A DNA stretch of 39,482 bases, taken from the NCBI GenBank assembly GCA_028821845.1, contig JAPKEZ010000002.1, positions 1-39,482 on the forward strand, written 5' to 3'. The position numbers and the translations under genes are program-made. The stretch is from Planctomycetota bacterium (GTDB taxonomy: Bacteria; Planctomycetota; UBA1135). The notes below the pieces were generated by a model. It saw nothing but the letters and a program-made list of their open reading frames with translations, was not told where the DNA came from and searched no databases. Positions 36,562 through 39,482 of the stretch are shown here, piece after piece; positions within the stretch are counted from its first letter, which is position 1; every line of letters begins with the position of its first letter.

Positions 36562-36595
36562 AAAAAATGCGGCCCTAGTTTTCACTAAGACCGCA
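36562..36595 (-). terminator. Rho-independent terminator
   Basis: Minus strand reads TGCGGTCTTAGT-GAAA-ACTAGGGCCGCA-TTTTTT: a 12-bp stem with two G-U pairs, a GNRA loop and a U6 tail. Confidence 0.88.
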
Positions 36596-36628
36596 ACTCC
36601 ATCCCCTCAGATGGCACCTTTCGGTGTT
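36562..36628 (-). ncRNA. Candidate ~67-nt sRNA with three hairpins
   Basis: Upstream TTGCCT-N16-TAAAAT. Hairpins CACC-GAAA-GGTG and CCATCT-GAGG-GGATGG, then the terminator. Confidence 0.4.
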
Positions 36629-36730
36629 ACGTAAATTTTAGGGTAAATTTTAAACAAGGCAAATAACATTCTTACAAAAATTACATATATGCAAAAGAAT
36701 GTCTCAAAAGCTACTTCCTACGAAAGCGCG

Positions 36731-37477
36731 CTATTCTCCTTCTTGCTTCCTTTCTACCGCTAATTCGTGGTCGTGGTCGCCCTCAACACCTGCTCGGCGA
36801 CTGTCTAACGTGCGCAATATTGACAATTTACCGTAAATGACAAGCTCATCCCCAGCGTGTATTTTCACGCTGCCTTTCGGGGCGCCGATGTAGTCACCAG
36901 CACTACATTTGATGCCAAGAATCATGACACCTTCGTCGCCAAGGCGTAAATCCATCAGCGTGCGATCGCACATCCAGTCACCCTGGCGGACCATAAACTC
37001 GGCAACCGAATAATCGTGAGCGAGATGCAACATCTCGGAGTAATCCACTGCTTCAAGACGCGTGAAGCGATGTAGCGCCCATGACACTAGCGGCAACAAA
37101 CGTCGGTCAATCCACTTTGAGTAGCCAATCACAACTACCATTGAAATGCCAATAATAATCACCAGCCAGCGAAACCAAATTTGCGAAAGCAAGCCTGCCT
37201 CGGGAACCTGAATAAAGGCCACCGCTAAAGAACCTATCAAGGCAATCGCACCCGCGTTGCCGAGCATCATCAACGTGAGCGTTATTTCGCGCCGCACCGG
37301 GTTGTTGATTACCTTTTCAGATTCGCGAGTTGTGAAGCCAACACCAAAGTAAGTAGAACGTGCCTGGAAACGCGCAATTTGCCGTGACAAGCCTGTTAGC
37401 ACCAATGCCACAGTGCCAATGCGCACTATCAGAAGTTGCATCGACAGCACAAGTAGGACAGTTAGGAGTGAAAGCAT
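36731..37477 (-). CDS. Membrane protein with a K+-channel-like N-terminus and a TrkA-C (RCK_C) domain
   Basis: Motifs ARFQARS...GVGFTT.ESE..NPVRR.I...LM.LGN, and a C-terminal L.DL.L..EGV.ILGI ... GDEL.IYG. Confidence 0.85.
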   Translation of the reverse strand: MLSLLTVLLVLSMQLLIVRIGTVALVLTGLSRQIARFQARSTYFGVGFTTRESEKVINNPVRREITLTLMMLGNAGAIALIGSLAVAFIQVPEAGLLSQIWFRWLVIIIGISMVVVIGYSKWIDRRLLPLVSWALHRFTRLEAVDYSEMLHLAHDYSVAEFMVRQGDWMCDRTLMDLRLGDEGVMILGIKCSAGDYIGAPKGSVKIHAGDELVIYGKLSILRTLDSRRAGVEGDHDHELAVERKQEGE

Positions 37478-37544
37478 GGTGGTCTTTAGGTTCTCTAAAA
37501 AACTAGCTTAATAGTACCGTGCTAGAAGTTAAACTCCCCGCTCG

Positions 37545-39482
37545 ATGAAAACCCAATCCCAACTTCTAAAGGGCCTCAACACCGATCAGCACCGTGCTGT
37601 GGTGACGACAGAGGGGCCGCTGTTAGTTTTGGCGGGTGCGGGCACGGGCAAGACCCGGGTTATTACTATTCGCACGGTTCATTTGATGAACGAAGGTATT
37701 GCTCCTGAAAATATCTTGTTGGTGACTTTCACAAATAAAGCGGCCCGAGAAATGCGCGAACGCTTACGCAAGCTGTGTGGTAAAAAAGCCGAAGAAGTTA
37801 CTTGTGGCACATTTCACAGTTTTTGTATTCGTCTCATCCGTGAGCACCATGAGAAGCTCGGATTGCCTAAATCATTTGGTATTTGCGATTCGTCTGACCA
37901 GCTGAATGCTATTAAGGCGCAGTTGCGCGAATTACGCATTTCCGAAACATCCGTGAATCCGCGTACAGCTCAATCGCGTATTTCGTTGTACAAGAATTCA
38001 ATGATATTGCCGGAAGACGCTTTCAAAGAGGCGGAAGACGATTACGACATTATGATTGCGCGGTGTTACGAGAAGTACCAAGAATATTTGCGTCGTTCGC
38101 GGGTAGTCGATTTCGACGATTTTTTGCTCTATACTCACGAATTATTACGCGATAACGAAGACGTCCGTGCGCAGCTCGAGAAGCAGTTTAAGTATGTAAT
38201 GATCGACGAGTATCAAGACACGAATACCCCGCAATACGAAATCATTCGCGCTATCGTAAAAAACCATCGCAACATTTGTGTTGTTGGCGACGACGACCAA
38301 TCAATTTACGGGTGGCGCGGAGCTGACATCCAAAAGATTCTGGGATTCGAAAAAGATTTCCCGGGGGCTGGCAAGGTTTACCTAGGCACCAACTACCGTT
38401 CTACTCAAGAAATTATTGATGCTGCAAATATGGTCATCAAAAACAATAGCTCGCGCCATGAAAAAGAGTTGCGCTCGGCATACGGTTCCGGAGAAAACGT
38501 TTCGATCCTGCGAGTCGAAGATGAGATTCACGAAGCTAGTCACATTTGTGGTGACATTCGCCATCAGGTCGGACGCGAGCAAGCACACTACAGTGATTTT
38601 GCCATCTTGTGTCGTACGGCGCAGCAACCACGGGCATTCGAAACTGAATTGCGCTCGGCTAATATCCCATATAAACTTGTTGGCGGTCAAAGCTTTTTCG
38701 ATCGCAAAGAAGTACGTGATATTTTGGCTTACCTGCGTGTAATAGACAACCCCGCCGATGAAACGTCATTCTTGCGCATTGTTAATACTCCTCCCCGCGG
38801 CATTGGCAAAGGAACAATTGACAAAATACTGGCTAAAGCCACCGAAGAAGGCAAAGGGGCTTACGCAGTGTTCAAGGAGAGTCATGCCGCAAAAGAGCTA
38901 GCTGCTGCTGCTAGTAAAGGGTTCGGCAAATTGAGTGATGCATTGCGTACCGCTTATATTAGTGTGCAAGCCAACGAAGATCTGGTTGCGACTTTGCGCA
39001 AGTTGATTAGCGATATCGACTACCACGAAGAAGTGGCACGCTGTTACCCCGACCCCGACACCGCTCAAGTTCGCTGGGCAGGCGTCGACGAAATTCTTAA
39101 TTTCGCTGAAAATTATCAGCGCAAAAATGGCACCGCCGATTTAAATGGCTTCTTGCAAGAGATGATGCTCGACGAAAGCGACAATGATGATGATTCAAAT
39201 GTCGTCACTTTAATGACTTTGCATGCCGCTAAGGGCCTTGAATTCAGAAACGTTTACTTAGTTGGCCTCGAAGAAGGATTATTGCCGCACAAACGAGCCG
39301 CGATTGAGGGCAGCATAGAAGAAGAACGTCGCTTGATGTATGTAGGAGTCACGCGTGCACAACGTTTATTGCTAATGACATTCTGCACCGCACGCGCTAA
39401 ATTCGGCAAGCTGCAATCTTGTCATCCATCGCGCTTCTTGTTTGAGATGAAGGGTAAAGCTCCGCCCGACGACTGGGTGCCG
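37545..39482 (+). CDS. uvrD: UvrD/PcrA/Rep superfamily 1A DNA helicase, truncated by the window edge and absent from the ORF track
   Basis: ATG 37545: MKTQSQLLKGLNTDQHRAV...LVLAGAGTGKTR, TFTNKAA, IDEYQDTN, VGDDDQSIYGWRGA, NYRS, MTLHAAKGLEF, EEERRLMYVGVTRA and PSRFL. Confidence 0.93.
   Translation, partial: MKTQSQLLKGLNTDQHRAVVTTEGPLLVLAGAGTGKTRVITIRTVHLMNEGIAPENILLVTFTNKAAREMRERLRKLCGKKAEEVTCGTFHSFCIRLIREHHEKLGLPKSFGICDSSDQLNAIKAQLRELRISETSVNPRTAQSRISLYKNSMILPEDAFKEAEDDYDIMIARCYEKYQEYLRRSRVVDFDDFLLYTHELLRDNEDVRAQLEKQFKYVMIDEYQDTNTPQYEIIRAIVKNHRNICVVGDDDQSIYGWRGADIQKILGFEKDFPGAGKVYLGTNYRSTQEIIDAANMVIKNNSSRHEKELRSAYGSGENVSILRVEDEIHEASHICGDIRHQVGREQAHYSDFAILCRTAQQPRAFETELRSANIPYKLVGGQSFFDRKEVRDILAYLRVIDNPADETSFLRIVNTPPRGIGKGTIDKILAKATEEGKGAYAVFKESHAAKELAAAASKGFGKLSDALRTAYISVQANEDLVATLRKLISDIDYHEEVARCYPDPDTAQVRWAGVDEILNFAENYQRKNGTADLNGFLQEMMLDESDNDDDSNVVTLMTLHAAKGLEFRNVYLVGLEEGLLPHKRAAIEGSIEEERRLMYVGVTRAQRLLLMTFCTARAKFGKLQSCHPSRFLFEMKGKAPPDDWVP

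Noticed and set aside
36590-36610. Fluoride (crcB) riboswitch, suggested by GGGGATGGAGTT on the minus strand
   Set aside because: The complementary P1 strand and the downstream AUGRCUYC pseudoknot segment are absent.

Overview
This is a gene-dense bacterial chromosomal window with about 38 CDS and no rRNA, tRNA, CRISPR array or recognisable mobile element. The lepA-lepB-lptB order, a stand-alone FliA/WhiG sigma factor, SMUG1 and a PTPS-III suggest Planctomycetota, but this is an inference. Most of it is housekeeping: SMUG1-xth, glpK, pyrK, argS, apt, birA-like ligase, rph, rdgB, lepA, lepB, lptB, etfBA, ligA, an AGCS symporter and a UvrD/PcrA helicase that runs off the right edge. Several secreted proteins are interspersed. 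The strongest signal is missed by the ORF track: the 11052 ORF actually starts at 10794 with a signal peptide, then two consecutive in-frame TGA codons, then a SECIS-like hairpin, a Gly/Pro linker and a CxxC thioredoxin-like domain, making it a candidate secreted Sec-Sec selenoprotein. Other signals are pervasive leaderless promoter architecture, a shared C-terminal domain on two secreted proteins, a catalytically dead cytidine-deaminase fold and a DUF669-like protein in an operon with ligA, an unannotated 53-aa membrane protein, a candidate sRNA, and two genes broken by single in-frame stops.
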